Assembly: GCA_963751455.1 (NCBI GenBank)
Contig: CAVVUN010000015.1
Span: 800,001-864,000, forward strand
Length of the DNA: 64,000 nt
Direction: 5' to 3'
From: Nitrospirota bacterium
GTDB lineage: Bacteria; Nitrospirota; UBA9217
Under the pieces are notes generated by a model that was not told the DNA's origin, did not search any database, and saw nothing but the letters and a program-made list of their open reading frames with translations. The translations under genes were made by a program, and so were the position numbers. Shown piece after piece: positions 29,839-39,606 of this stretch (positions within the stretch are counted from its first letter, which is position 1; each line of letters opens with the position of its first letter).

Positions 29839-30441
29839 ATGGCTTTAAAAAAGGGCGCAAAAAAGAAAGCTGCTTCAAAGGCGAAGGTTAAAAAAGCAGC
29901 GAAAAAAGCCATGAAGAAGCCGAGAACGGTAATCACAGCCAGGAAACGGTCTGCAAAAAAAGCGTTGAAAGCGAAGCCAAAGGCCAAAGCCGTAAAGCGG
30001 GATGAGTCTTCTTCCCCTGTTGTTCGGCCGGTACGAATATCGGCAGAAACGAGAAAAAGACATGAATTGCTCAAAAAAATCCTGCTCAAAAAACGGAACG
30101 AGGTCGTGCAGGGACTGGAAACGCAAATGGGCCGCAAACTGATCAGGGAAACAGGGCAGAGGATCGATGCCGCAATGGACAGCGCGGACCTGTCCTCGCA
30201 GGACATGGACCAGGGAATCGATTATTCTCTTCTCGAGATGAAATACGAACAGTATAAGGACATCGCGGATGCATTTCGAAAGCTCCAGAACAACACCTTC
30301 GGCTTGTGCGAGGAGTGCGGGGAGGAGATCGATATCAAGCGGCTGCAGGTGAACCCGCTCGCCCGGTATTGCATAGCCTGTAAAACGAAAAAAGAGGAAA
30401 TCGAACGTATCCAGAAGGAAGAGACGAGGTTCAAGGAATAA
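29839..30441 (+). CDS. TraR/DksA-family C4 zinc-finger regulator with Lys/Ala-rich N-terminus
   Basis: DSADLS coiled-coil tip; FGLCEECGEEI...RL...P.ARYCIAC; RBS AGGAGG. Confidence 0.88.
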   Translation: MALKKGAKKKAASKAKVKKAAKKAMKKPRTVITARKRSAKKALKAKPKAKAVKRDESSSPVVRPVRISAETRKRHELLKKILLKKRNEVVQGLETQMGRKLIRETGQRIDAAMDSADLSSQDMDQGIDYSLLEMKYEQYKDIADAFRKLQNNTFGLCEECGEEIDIKRLQVNPLARYCIACKTKKEEIERIQKEETRFKE

Positions 30442-30596
30442 AGCCCCGAATAGCCGGATAAAACACCATTTCTGTTATTTCCAGCGAAGTCGGAAATGAT
30501 AATTTTTCAAAATATTAATGATCCCTTGCTTGGCTGGAAGCCCTCCTTCAGCGCGTCGGGTGTGATGGCTTCTCATTTTTTCCCCGTCACTTTTTC

Positions 30597-30625
30597 TTGA
30601 CAAAAAAGTTACAATACAGTATCTT
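30597..30625 (+). promoter_or_regulatory. Sigma70 promoter of the tRNA
   Basis: TTGACA-17 bp-TATCTT ending 19 bp before the tRNA. Confidence 0.65.
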
Positions 30626-30643
30626 AAGCCTCTGTTTTTCCGG

Positions 30644-30719
30644 GGCGGTGTAGCTCAGCTGGTAGAGCAGGGGAATCATAATCCCTGTGTCCGGGGTTCG
30701 AGTCCCTGCACCGCCACCA
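30644..30719 (+). tRNA. tRNA-Met (CAT), elongator type
   Basis: 76-nt cloverleaf: GGCGGTG/CACCGCC acceptor stem, anticodon CAT, GGTTCGAGTCC T-arm, encoded CCA; G1-C72 pair excludes initiator; Ile2 not formally excluded. Confidence 0.93.
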
Positions 30720-30767
30720 TTTCTTTTTTGTTTTCACGAAATAAGCTCTAATGAGCTCTGTTGAACG

Positions 30768-30798
30768 AAAGCCCCTGTAAAAGGGGCTTTTTCTTTTT
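30768..30798 (+). terminator. Intrinsic terminator after the tRNA
   Basis: AAAGCCCCT-GTAAA-AGGGGCTTT followed by a T-rich run. Confidence 0.8.
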
Positions 30799-30819
30799 GT
30801 GTTCTTTTTGTAAATGGCC

Positions 30820-30848
30820 TTGACGGTCATTAACATTTATGTTAATAT
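30820..30848 (+). promoter_or_regulatory. Toxin-antitoxin promoter with overlapping operator
   Basis: TTGACG-17 bp-TAATAT; inverted repeat ATTAACAT-TT-ATGTTAAT (30829-30846); start codon 7 bp after the -10 box. Confidence 0.7.
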
Positions 30849-30854
30849 ATACAC

Positions 30855-31181
30855 GTGCGGTGGATCGTAACCTATTATAACGAGCAAGTGCAGAAGGAAG
30901 TATTTTCCATGCCGCGCGGGATTCTTGCTCGATATCTTCGCTATGTAGAACTGATGGAAAAGCATGGCATTGATCTCCGTTCGCCGCATTCCGAACCAAT
31001 GGGCGGCGGTCTCTTTGAATTAAGACCAAAAGCACCAGAAGGCATCGGCCGTGTTTTTTATTGCACCGTGAAAGACTCGACTATCGTGATTCTTCATTCG
31101 TTCATTAAAAAGATCATGAAGACACCGAAGAGGGAACTCGAAGTAGCAAGGCAACGGCTGAAGGAGGTAAAGAATGAATAA
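30855..31181 (+). CDS. RelE/ParE-family toxin (Gp49/DUF891, HigB-like)
   Basis: PHSEPMGGGLFELRP...GIGRVFY...IVILHSFIKK..KTP.RELEVA. Confidence 0.9.
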   Translation: MRWIVTYYNEQVQKEVFSMPRGILARYLRYVELMEKHGIDLRSPHSEPMGGGLFELRPKAPEGIGRVFYCTVKDSTIVILHSFIKKIMKTPKRELEVARQRLKEVKNE

Positions 31182-31488
31182 GCAGAATAAATACAAACCT
31201 GTTAAACATACAAAGGCGACGACCGCACGGCTTCTTGCCGGTGATCCCGAGCTTAAGAAATCCTACGATGAACTCGAGGATGAGTTTGCCGCCCTGGACG
31301 CTCTTTTATCTGCGCGTCGTGAGGCTGGATTAAGCCAGGCCGAGGTAGCTCGACGCATGAAAATCAAAGCCTCATCTCTCGCACGCATTGAGGCCTCTTT
31401 GGCAAGCCGGGAGCATTCGCCTTCGTTTGCGACGCTCCGAAGGTACGCAGCCGCCTGCGGTAGAAAGCTGGTTATTAAATTCGCCTAA
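31174..31488 (+). CDS. XRE-family HTH antitoxin (HigA-like)
   Basis: ARREAGLSQAEVARRM....SLARIE...PSFATLRRYA; overlaps the toxin gene. Confidence 0.9.
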   Translation: MNKQNKYKPVKHTKATTARLLAGDPELKKSYDELEDEFAALDALLSARREAGLSQAEVARRMKIKASSLARIEASLASREHSPSFATLRRYAAACGRKLVIKFA

Positions 31489-31536
31489 GCCACCTCTAGC
31501 CCACAACTGACCGCGAAGTCATGCAGATCGTATGAG

Positions 31537-31700
31537 CCTGAAAAAAGCAGTTGGACACGGATAAAATCTGATCAACACGGATTTATAGGAAGTTACGAAC
31601 AGTAATGGATTCACCCAAAAGGCGAGATGGCTTTTTGCTCTATCACATTGTTTTGATCCGCTGTTTCCGTGTTCATCCGTGTTCAAATGCCGTTTTTAGG
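31537..31700. mobile_element. 164-bp MITE, identical to 26080-26243
   Basis: Perfect 5-bp direct repeat ATGAG at 31532-31536 and 31701-31705; removing it restores a CCGCGAAG...CTTCGCGG hairpin. Confidence 0.9.
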
Positions 31701-31813
31701 ATGAGAGCAGGCTTCGCGGATCTTCCGCCACATTAATCCCCATAATACGTGCATCCCGGACATCGCTATCCTACGTGTCCTTCCCCCATTATTCCATTTT
31801 ATAAAGGTGATCG

Positions 31814-32182
31814 ATGATATTAAAACTACAGATCGATACGAGTCAGTTAACATCCGCCATAGCTCAAGAAGTGCTGAACGGTATAAAACCATTTCTATTA
31901 CCGAAAGAAGAAGACGCGGATAGTGAACAAGGAAGCAGAGCGCCGGAAACCGGGTCAGGGGACGAGAATACATCTTTTCCGCAAGTGGGACTGCTGAGAA
32001 TATGGCAGATTCTTGGAAACAAGAGAAAGGTATTCTTCCAATTTATCCCTGTAAGCAAAAGCACATGGTGGGCCGGAGTGAAGTCAGGCAAGTATCCGAA
32101 GCCAGTCAAGTTATCCGCCCGGTGCACATGCTGGTACGTTGAGGACATTCGGGCGCTGTTAGAACGCACGGGGAAGCCATAA
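31814..32182 (+). CDS. AlpA-family regulator / excisionase-like protein
   Basis: GLLRIWQILG...IPVSKSTWWAGVKSGKYPKPVKLSARCTCWYVEDI. Confidence 0.82.
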   Translation: MILKLQIDTSQLTSAIAQEVLNGIKPFLLPKEEDADSEQGSRAPETGSGDENTSFPQVGLLRIWQILGNKRKVFFQFIPVSKSTWWAGVKSGKYPKPVKLSARCTCWYVEDIRALLERTGKP

Positions 32183-32267
32183 GCCGGAGCGACCGATTAT
32201 CGCGCACTCTCTTTCACAAACAACACTGCAATTTCGATTTATTCCAAGAATTGATAATTGCTGCCGG

Positions 32268-32390
32268 ATGGGCTTCGGCAAAGACGAAATGACGGGTCAT
32301 GGTCTCCGGGCCATGGCGCGAACGATCCTTGACGAAGTTCCTCAGGTGCGGCCGGAATTCATAGAACATCAGCTGGCGCATAGGTTAGAC
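32268..32390 (+). pseudogene. Fragment of a P4-type tyrosine integrase (C-terminal catalytic part)
   Basis: Manual translation MGFGKDEMTGHGLRAMARTILDEVPQVRPEFIEHQLAH (HxxR and LAH motifs); no N-terminus and no catalytic Tyr segment. Confidence 0.8.
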
Positions 32391-32440
32391 ACGGCACAAG
32401 GGATTTTTTTTGTCAAAAAATACGCTTATCGGAGGTGCGG

Positions 32441-32620
32441 TTGAGAACCGAAAAGGATAACTCGGACGGCATTATCGAGGTCCATGATCAAAACAAAAAA
32501 CAATTTGCCGCCCTCTGGAATTGATTGTTGGATCGTCAGGATTTATCCACGTGCGAAAAAATGGTCTGGATTGCTCTGAAATCATACGCCGGCTATTCGG
32601 TATGTTACATAAGACGCATG
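32441..32620 (+). pseudogene. Fragment of a phage/plasmid replication-initiator-like HTH protein
   Basis: RBS GGAGGT + TTG; ...FAALWN*LLDRQDLSTCEKMVWIALKSYAG; in-frame TGA at 32522. Confidence 0.45.
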
Positions 32621-33134
32621 CTTTTGACGGCTACCCGGTCATCCCTGTCCGTTACTATCCATTTTTTTTCGACAATAAACGTCTTGTTCCCGCAGTTTCC
32701 TTAGATTTTCCGCGACATATAGTGTGAACCACCGCATCATCCTCATTTTATGCTATATTTATACGCATGTAACGGCGTGACCCGTTGTTCGATTAAAACA
32801 CCTGCGTTCTTTCTGATACCCGGCATAATTTTTTAAATGATTCATCAATGCCGGCGCTAATGTGCCGACTTCACGAACAGCGGCCTCCGCGAAAAACAGC
32901 AAACCCTCTATCGCCCTGTCGGTCCATGGGACTGAGAGGGCGGAGCTCTGCTGACATAAATTCTCCAATCATGAATCACAGAACATGGGTTTCCACGCAG
33001 GGATTGTTCTCTTAATTAATCCGCTTTTTTCCGCTCGACCAGAAGATCGCCTATCTCTATCAGCCATGAGCCGTCAACCAGACGCGACAAACTGAACTCC
33101 CGGTTTCATATCGCAACATTTATTTAAATCAGCC

Positions 33135-34514
33135 ATGAAGTTTAAGTATTTCTCCAAAAAGAAAATTTTATTATTGCTGGGAGACGCAGGCATAATCTCC
33201 TGCTCCTATATTCTATCCATGTTAATCTGGTTCGGTTCTTTTCATGGGCATGACATAATCACTCTGTTGAAGGGGTCCTCATCATTCCTTGTCGCCTATT
33301 CGTTTATTTTTTATCTGCTGGATTTTTATAGTCTTGACCTGGATTCCCGGCATATTAAATATTTTTTCAAACATCTGATCGGGGTCGTTGTCGCCGCGGG
33401 GGCGCTCGCAATATACTTTTTTTTCTACCCGGATCTGAGGTCAGGCAGGGGGGTGTTTATTTTGTGCGCGGCGTTGGGAGGCGCCGGCACCTACCTCTGG
33501 AGGTTTGTCCTTCTGCCGATGTTTAAAAAGAAGTCGATGCAGCAAAAGCAACTCTTGATTCTCGGCGTGGATGGCGCCGCGGAGAAACTCTATAAGGCAA
33601 TGCAAGACGACCCGGACTATAGCGTGCTTGGACACACAACAGACGATGGCGGCCCTGTTTGGAAGGCCTCTCCTTCTCCCGCAATGGCCGAAGACTCAGC
33701 GACGTTAAAACAGATTATCAGATCCAGGAATATAAACGCCCTTGTCCTTGCAAGCAGCACTTTCAAGAAGCCCGAACTTTTGAAATCCGCCCTGGATTGC
33801 AAACTCGACGGGGTTATGGTCTATGACATGCCGTCCTTTTATGAAAAAATAACCGGGAAGGTCCCTGTGGAGCATGTGACGGACTTTTGGCTTGTTTTTA
33901 CGCCGTTATTGGGCGTAAAAAAAAATATATATAACAATAAAGTGAAAAGGGGCCTTGATATCATTCTCATCTTCATCGGCGCGGCGCTTGCGCTTCCTCT
34001 TGCCCTGGTTGCGGCAGTGGCCGTTTATTTAGACTCCAGGGGCGCCATACTGTACAGGCAGAAACGCGTGGGGCTGAACGGCAAACTATTCACGCTGTTG
34101 AAATTCCGTTCCATGCGGAGTGGAACGGACCATGACAGGGAGCATGCCGGAGAACGGGACGACCCGCGAATAACGAGAACCGGCAAAGTACTGAGGTTTT
34201 TCAGGATAGACGAGTTGCCGCAGCTGTGGAATATCCTGAAGGGAGAAATGAGCTTTTTCGGCCCCCGTCCGCTGCTCGAGGAAGAAGTGCGCGAGTTCGA
34301 ATCCAGAATACCCTATTTTTCACTTCGTCATTCGATACGGCCGGGGCTCTCCGGGTGGGCGCAAGTGCATTTCAGGCACGGAACGACGGTAGCGGACGGA
34401 CTGGAAAAGTTTCAATATGACCTTTTCTACATAAAAAATCTCTCGCCGCTCCTGGATCTGGTAATTCTGTTGAAAACGATAAAAGTGGTATTGTTCGGGA
34501 AAGGGGCGAGGTGA
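33135..34514 (+). CDS. Initiating polyprenyl glycosylphosphotransferase (sugar transferase)
   Basis: TM N-terminus; KRGLDI, KFRSM, DDPRIT..G..LR.FRIDELPQLWNILKGEMSF.GPRP, PGLSGWAQV. Confidence 0.95.
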   Translation: MKFKYFSKKKILLLLGDAGIISCSYILSMLIWFGSFHGHDIITLLKGSSSFLVAYSFIFYLLDFYSLDLDSRHIKYFFKHLIGVVVAAGALAIYFFFYPDLRSGRGVFILCAALGGAGTYLWRFVLLPMFKKKSMQQKQLLILGVDGAAEKLYKAMQDDPDYSVLGHTTDDGGPVWKASPSPAMAEDSATLKQIIRSRNINALVLASSTFKKPELLKSALDCKLDGVMVYDMPSFYEKITGKVPVEHVTDFWLVFTPLLGVKKNIYNNKVKRGLDIILIFIGAALALPLALVAAVAVYLDSRGAILYRQKRVGLNGKLFTLLKFRSMRSGTDHDREHAGERDDPRITRTGKVLRFFRIDELPQLWNILKGEMSFFGPRPLLEEEVREFESRIPYFSLRHSIRPGLSGWAQVHFRHGTTVADGLEKFQYDLFYIKNLSPLLDLVILLKTIKVVLFGKGAR

Positions 34515-34557
34515 GGAATAACTATGCAGGCAAAAGTTTTTGAGGAGTGATTGAATA

Positions 34558-35637
34558 ATGAGAACAAAATCCACCATATTTATTTCCGTTCTGTTTCTGT
34601 CATCAGCCTCATTCCTGGCGCCGGGGTGCGCTACCTACAGCGAAATCAGTCCCGGATCCGTCATGGAAGTTACTCACCAGGAAACGCTGAGTCCCGTGAA
34701 GAAGGCCGAAGCGAATAAATCTCCGCAGCCGGCCGCTTCTGTCGTCGAACAGGAGCTCGTGACGGTGCCTCCTTTGGAGGAACCGGCCCCGCCGGCGGAT
34801 TATATTGTCGGTCCCCATGACATATTATACATAAACGTGAGCGGCAAACCCGAATTCTCGACCGCGAGAAGCAGGGTTGACGGAAGCGGCAATATTCAGT
34901 TTCCCTTTCTCGGGACGGTGCGGGTCGGAGGCATGACCCTGGTCCAGATACAGAGCCGTCTGCGTGAACTCGTACTGCAATATATAAAGGAACCCTGGGT
35001 CGTTGTTGAGGTCGTAGAGTACCAGAGCAAGCCCCTCTACCTTCTCGGGCAATTTAGAAACCCCGGCACCCGTTATATGGACAGGCCTCTGAACCTTCTG
35101 CAGGGAATCGCTTTTGGGAACGGATTCGACCCCGCAGCCAGTCTCACCGCCGCGAGGCTTATCCGCGATCACAAAGTGGCGCCGGTGGATATCAATGAAC
35201 TGCTCACCACGGGCGATCAGCGGCAGAACGTCTGGCTCAAGACAGGCGATACCATCTACATTCCCGACAGCAGGAATACCCAGGTCTTTGTCTTCGGCGC
35301 GGTTAAAAAGGGAGGTCCTCAACCGATACCGTCGGGCGGAATCACCCTCGGGCAGGCGATTGCCGGCGCGGAACTGCGCGATAGCGGTTATGATTCCACT
35401 CATATACGCATCATTCGTTCCCTGTCCGCAACCCGCGGGGAACTCATCGTTGTTGATTTCGACAGGATACTGCGCGGCAAGGCGCTTCCCTTTGCGCTTA
35501 AGGAAGGGGACATTGTCTACGTTCCCAGGAACCGCTTCGGGACCTGGAACGATGCTATAAACGAGATTCTGCCGTCGCTTCAGGCCATCAGCGCAATTTT
35601 GCAGCCGTTCGTCCAGATAAAATTTTTACAGGAGTGA
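34558..35637 (+). CDS. wza: Polysaccharide export lipoprotein (Wza/OPX)
   Basis: Lipobox-like APGC, DYIVGPHDIL, VDGSGNIQFPFLG, SLBB repeats. Confidence 0.9.
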   Translation: MRTKSTIFISVLFLSSASFLAPGCATYSEISPGSVMEVTHQETLSPVKKAEANKSPQPAASVVEQELVTVPPLEEPAPPADYIVGPHDILYINVSGKPEFSTARSRVDGSGNIQFPFLGTVRVGGMTLVQIQSRLRELVLQYIKEPWVVVEVVEYQSKPLYLLGQFRNPGTRYMDRPLNLLQGIAFGNGFDPAASLTAARLIRDHKVAPVDINELLTTGDQRQNVWLKTGDTIYIPDSRNTQVFVFGAVKKGGPQPIPSGGITLGQAIAGAELRDSGYDSTHIRIIRSLSATRGELIVVDFDRILRGKALPFALKEGDIVYVPRNRFGTWNDAINEILPSLQAISAILQPFVQIKFLQE

Positions 35638-35678
35638 AATTAAGCTTCTTTCGTGTCCCGGTTGAAAAAACTCTTTTT

Positions 35679-35895
35679 GCCGCGGAGGCATGGAGAACTG
35701 ATTTATTTTTTGTACTACTCAGCAGGCCTGCATAAGAAAAGCATTTTTGAACCCAGAAAAACATTTATCCGCAGATTTCGCAGATGTCCGCAGATTTGAA
35801 AATCTGCAAAATTCAAGTTCGGTTTAATCCGTGAAATCTGCGTAATCTGCGGATAAGCATCATATACCCAGAGTTTTTTCTGTGTCTCTGTGGTT
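35679..35895. repeat. Nested palindromic elements: outer CACAGAG-type arms, inner CGCAGAT-type pair at 35765-35856
   Basis: Inner TTATCCGCAGATTTCGCAGATGTCCGCAGATT ... AATCCGTGAAATCTGCGTAATCTGCGGATAA; outer GCCGCGGAGGCATGGAGAA ... TTCTGTGTCTCTGTGGTT. Confidence 0.8.
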
Positions 35896-35942
35896 ATGCA
35901 TTGTCGTTCATTTTTTCTACGAATGAGCCGAAATTAATTCAA

Positions 35943-36032
35943 GTTCAAGGTCCGATGTTCTCTCGACAGCTCTTTCCGCTCAGCGTGCAGCGCCGAAACC
36001 CGGCTCCCTGTCTCGAACATTGTACCTGGAAC
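35943..36032. repeat. Inverted repeat with ~7-bp periodic arms
   Basis: GTTCAAGGTCCGATGTTC (35943-35960) vs GAACATTGTACCTGGAAC (36015-36032), 15/18 complementary. Confidence 0.6.
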
Positions 36033-36046
36033 CGGGAAGGACCGCA

Positions 36047-38450
36047 ATGACTACCGACCTCCAACGCCCTCAATCCCGATCACCCTTGCAATCCGGCGAA
36101 GTCCATCTCCATGATTACATTCGTGTAATCATGCGCCGCCGCCGGTCCTTTCTCATCGCCTTCTGCGTCGTCTTTTTTTCCGTAGCCGTTTACACGTTTG
36201 CCATGAAGCCGGTTTACCAGGCATTCGCCACGCTGCAGGTGCGGGAAGAGAAGGGCAAAGGGGACCTTCTCGGCGCACTGGGGGTGAGCCAGCAGAGCCC
36301 GGTTGATGCCGAGATCGAAATCATCAAGTCGCGCACCAATGCCGAGCAGGTCGTGAAGCGGCTTCAACTGGACCTGCAGGTGGCCAAACAGACGCGGGGA
36401 TTTTCCTTCAAAATCGCCGACTTCGCAAGCGCCGAGCCCCGGGCGGTGTATCGCGTGGAGTTGACGGGTCCGGACAGTTACCAGGTGCTCGACAGCGACG
36501 GCAAACCGGTCGGCGCCGGAAAAAGCGGCGTGCTCCTGCAGGCGGGCGCCCTGAGGCTTGTCCTGACCGGCCTCAAGGGCAAGCCGGGCGACAGTTTCCA
36601 GCTTTCCTCCCGACCCCTGTATGCGGCTGCCGACAGTCTTAAAGGAAGGATCAAGGCCTCCGAGGTGGGGAACAAGACGAAAATCATCCGCCTGTCATAC
36701 GAAGACACCGACCCGGTCATGGCCCGGGACGTAGTCAATACGCTGGTCCGGGTCTACCTGGACCAGAGCGTGGCCTTCAAGACCGAGGAGGCGAGCAAGG
36801 CCCTCGATTTCATAGAAGAGCAGATGAACAGCGTGCGGGGCGAGCTCGACGTTTCTGAAAAAAACCTGCAGGTATATAAGACCGGTTCCGGCGTGGTCAA
36901 GCTCGATAGCGAGGCGGGAGAGCTTGTCAAAAGGATTTCCGAAGTGGAGAAGGAGAGAACAAATCTTGTTTTGCAGCGCAAGCAGGTTGAGTTTGCCCTG
37001 GCCGCGCAGCGGGATTCGCTCGAGCAGGGCGCCGTTTATATCCCGGCTGGGGGCAAGGACGACCCGCGTGGGCACGATGGCCGCCAGGCTGACGGACCTG
37101 GAAGTGCAGAAGCGGACGCTTCTTGCCGACTACACCGAGACCCATCCTGCCGTCAGAGCCGTCCAGGAGCAGATCGGTGAAGTTCAGAAAAAAATCCGGA
37201 ATGCCTACGAGACCAGCCTGAAAAACCTGGAAAAACAGGCGGAAATCGTAACCCGGCAACTGTCGCTCTACGAAGGAGAATTCCGGAAACTTCCCGCAGC
37301 GGAGCGCGATTTGGCCCGCCTCATGCGCCACACCACGGTGAGCGCCGAGGTTTACACCCTTCTCCTCCAGAAACGCGAGGAGGCGCGCATTGCCAAGGCC
37401 TCCACGATCAGCAGCATCAATGTTATCGACCCGGCCATAACGCCCGCCACGCCCCTGAGACCGAACAAGCGGAAGAACCTCATGCTCGGCCTCCTGGTCG
37501 GCTTGATGCTCGGGGCGGGTCTGGGCTTTTTCCAGGAGTACCTGGACGACACGATCAAGGACGCCGAGGGGGCCCGGCGGGAATTCAGCGCTCCGGTCCT
37601 GGCGATCATACCTTTTATTCCTCATCGCAACGGCGACTCCGCGGAGGAACACGGCCTTTCTCTCATCGCTCAACGGGAACCAAAATCGTCCGTGGCCGAG
37701 GCTTTCCGCGGCCTCAGGACCAGCCTTCACTTCTCCGCCATCAACCGGGAAAAGAAATTACTCATCTTCACCAGCGCCTTTGCCGGCGAGGGAAAGACCA
37801 CCATCGCCGCCAACCTGGCGGCCACCCTGGTGCAAACCGGGGCCCGGACGCTGTTGATCGACTGCGACCTGCGTCGTCCGAACCTGCATGAGTTCTTCAA
37901 GCACGCCAAGGCGCCGGGACTCACCGAAGTCCTTGCCGGCGACGCGAGCTTTGAGAGCGTTCTCCGCGATACCGGGCTCGCCGGGCTCGATTTCGTCAGC
38001 GCCGGCACTACCCCTCCCAACCCGGCCGAACTTCTCGGCTCCGGGCGGATGGCGGAGCTGCTTCTCAGATTAAAGGGCGCCTACGATCATATTCTGCTCG
38101 ATGCCCCGCCGGTCCTCGCGGTCACTGATGCGCCGCTCCTGACGATCCGCTGCGACATGGCCCTCATTGTCATGGAGACCGAGCGGGTGCCGGTCAAGGC
38201 CGGCCGTCGAATGGCCGAGATGCTTGCCAACGTCAGCGCGCCCGTGGCCGGGGTGATCGTCAACGACAAGTCAGGCCGCAGCCTCGAGCGTTACGGCTAC
38301 TACCGCGATGGTTATTACGGCTACGGGTATTACGGGTCCGGATATTATTCCGACGAGGAGCCCGAATCCCGGAGAAAAGGTCCGCGGCTGCTGCGGCTGC
38401 TTCTCCCGGGAAAGAACGGGTTGTTCGTAAAAAAGTCGAAAAGGCCGTAG
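36047..38450 (+). CDS. wzc: Polysaccharide co-polymerase / BY-kinase Wzc; frameshift near 37060
   Basis: Wzz-like N-terminus; YTETHP; AEAFRGLRT, AGEGKT, IDCDLRRP, DAPPVL; C-terminal Tyr cluster. Confidence 0.93.
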
Positions 38451-38476
38451 AGACGCAGATTTTATTCTAAAATATT

Positions 38477-38544
38477 TGAACTATTCAGGTCAGCCGCTTC
38501 ATATCGGTGCTAGGCGCGCCGAGAGATCTTTAACGAATAGTTAC
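38477..38544. mobile_element. Short remnant with ends resembling the GTAA-type MITE
   Basis: GAACTATTCAG ... GAATAGTTAC; no clear target duplication. Confidence 0.45.
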
Positions 38545-38561
38545 CGGAGAATAAGGAAAGC

Positions 38562-39322
38562 ATGAATACGAAAAATCCGGGGAGCAAGGAACAGCGTTCC
38601 AGTCTCGATACGATGAGCATGCCGAAACATGTCGCGATCATTATGGACGGAAACGGCAGGTGGGCCATCAGGCGCGGGTTGCCGCGGATAGCCGGGCACA
38701 AGAAGGGCACCGACGCCGTGCGAAGGGTTACCGATTACTGCCGCCATCTGGGGATATCCGTGCTGACCCTCTACGCGTTCTCAGACGAGAACTGGGGAAG
38801 ACCAAAAGAAGAAGTAGCTTTCCTCATGGACAGGATCAGTTCTTTTTTGAAGGCCGAGATCGAAACGATGAGGACGAAGAACGTACGGTTCCGATCGATC
38901 GGCAGAATCGAGCGTCTTCCTTTGTCGGCCCAGAACTGGATCAAGAAGGCGGTGACCGAAACGGCGGGGAACACCGGTCTGATACTGAACCTTGCCCTTT
39001 CCTACGGAGGACGGGGCGAGATTCTCGAAGCGATCAGGCGCATGCATGCGGCCAACGGGAAGGCGGATCCGCTGACTGAAGAGCTGTTCTCGTCGTTTCT
39101 GGACACGGGAGGCCTTCCCGACCCCGACCTCATCATACGCACGAGCGGCGAAAAGCGGATCAGCAACTTCCTGCTCTGGCAGACGGCGTATGCAGAGCTG
39201 TATTTTACGGATAAAATCTGGCCTGATTTCGAAGAAAAGGATCTGTTGGACGCAAAACTCGATTTTATCCGAAAAGACAGCGCAGGTTCGGACTGACCCG
39301 GGAGCAGGTTGTGCAGAAGTGA
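38562..39322 (+). CDS. uppS: Undecaprenyl diphosphate synthase; frameshift near 39270
   Basis: HVAIIMDGNGRWA, YAFSDENWGRP, DPDLIIRTSGEKRISNFLLWQ; RRFG C-terminus in alternative frame. Confidence 0.92.
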
Positions 39323-39339
39323 AACGGTAAACTCCTGTC

Positions 39340-39606
39340 TGCAGATAACGCTGATTTCGCAGATAAAAGCAAACCTGAATTCTAAAAAATCAAAAGCTAA
39401 TCCTGACTTGTCATGAAGTTATTTTCATCCCAGCGGCAGAGCTGCGGGTATTTCAGGATGTTTTTATAAAATCTGATTTACATCGGATTTACCAAATACC
39501 GTTCAGGTCTTCATACTTCACCCAGAGGATGAAACGCTGTCTTGTCCTATCGCTTTGTTTTTATCCGCAGTTTCCGTGTTTATCCGCGTCCAAATGTTTT
39601 TTCAGG
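39340..39606. repeat. Composite of decayed repeat arms and the right end of a CCTG-type MITE
   Basis: Solo arm CTGCAGATAACGCTGATTTCGCAGAT; truncated arm ATAAAATCTGATTTACATCGGATTT (~39467); right arm and end ATCCGCGTCCAAATGTTTTTTCAGG followed by ATGAA. Confidence 0.7.

Noticed and set aside
32522-32524. Selenocysteine or recoded TGA
   Set aside because: It lies in mobile-element debris; a TGG-to-TGA nonsense change is simpler and the context is not a redox enzyme.
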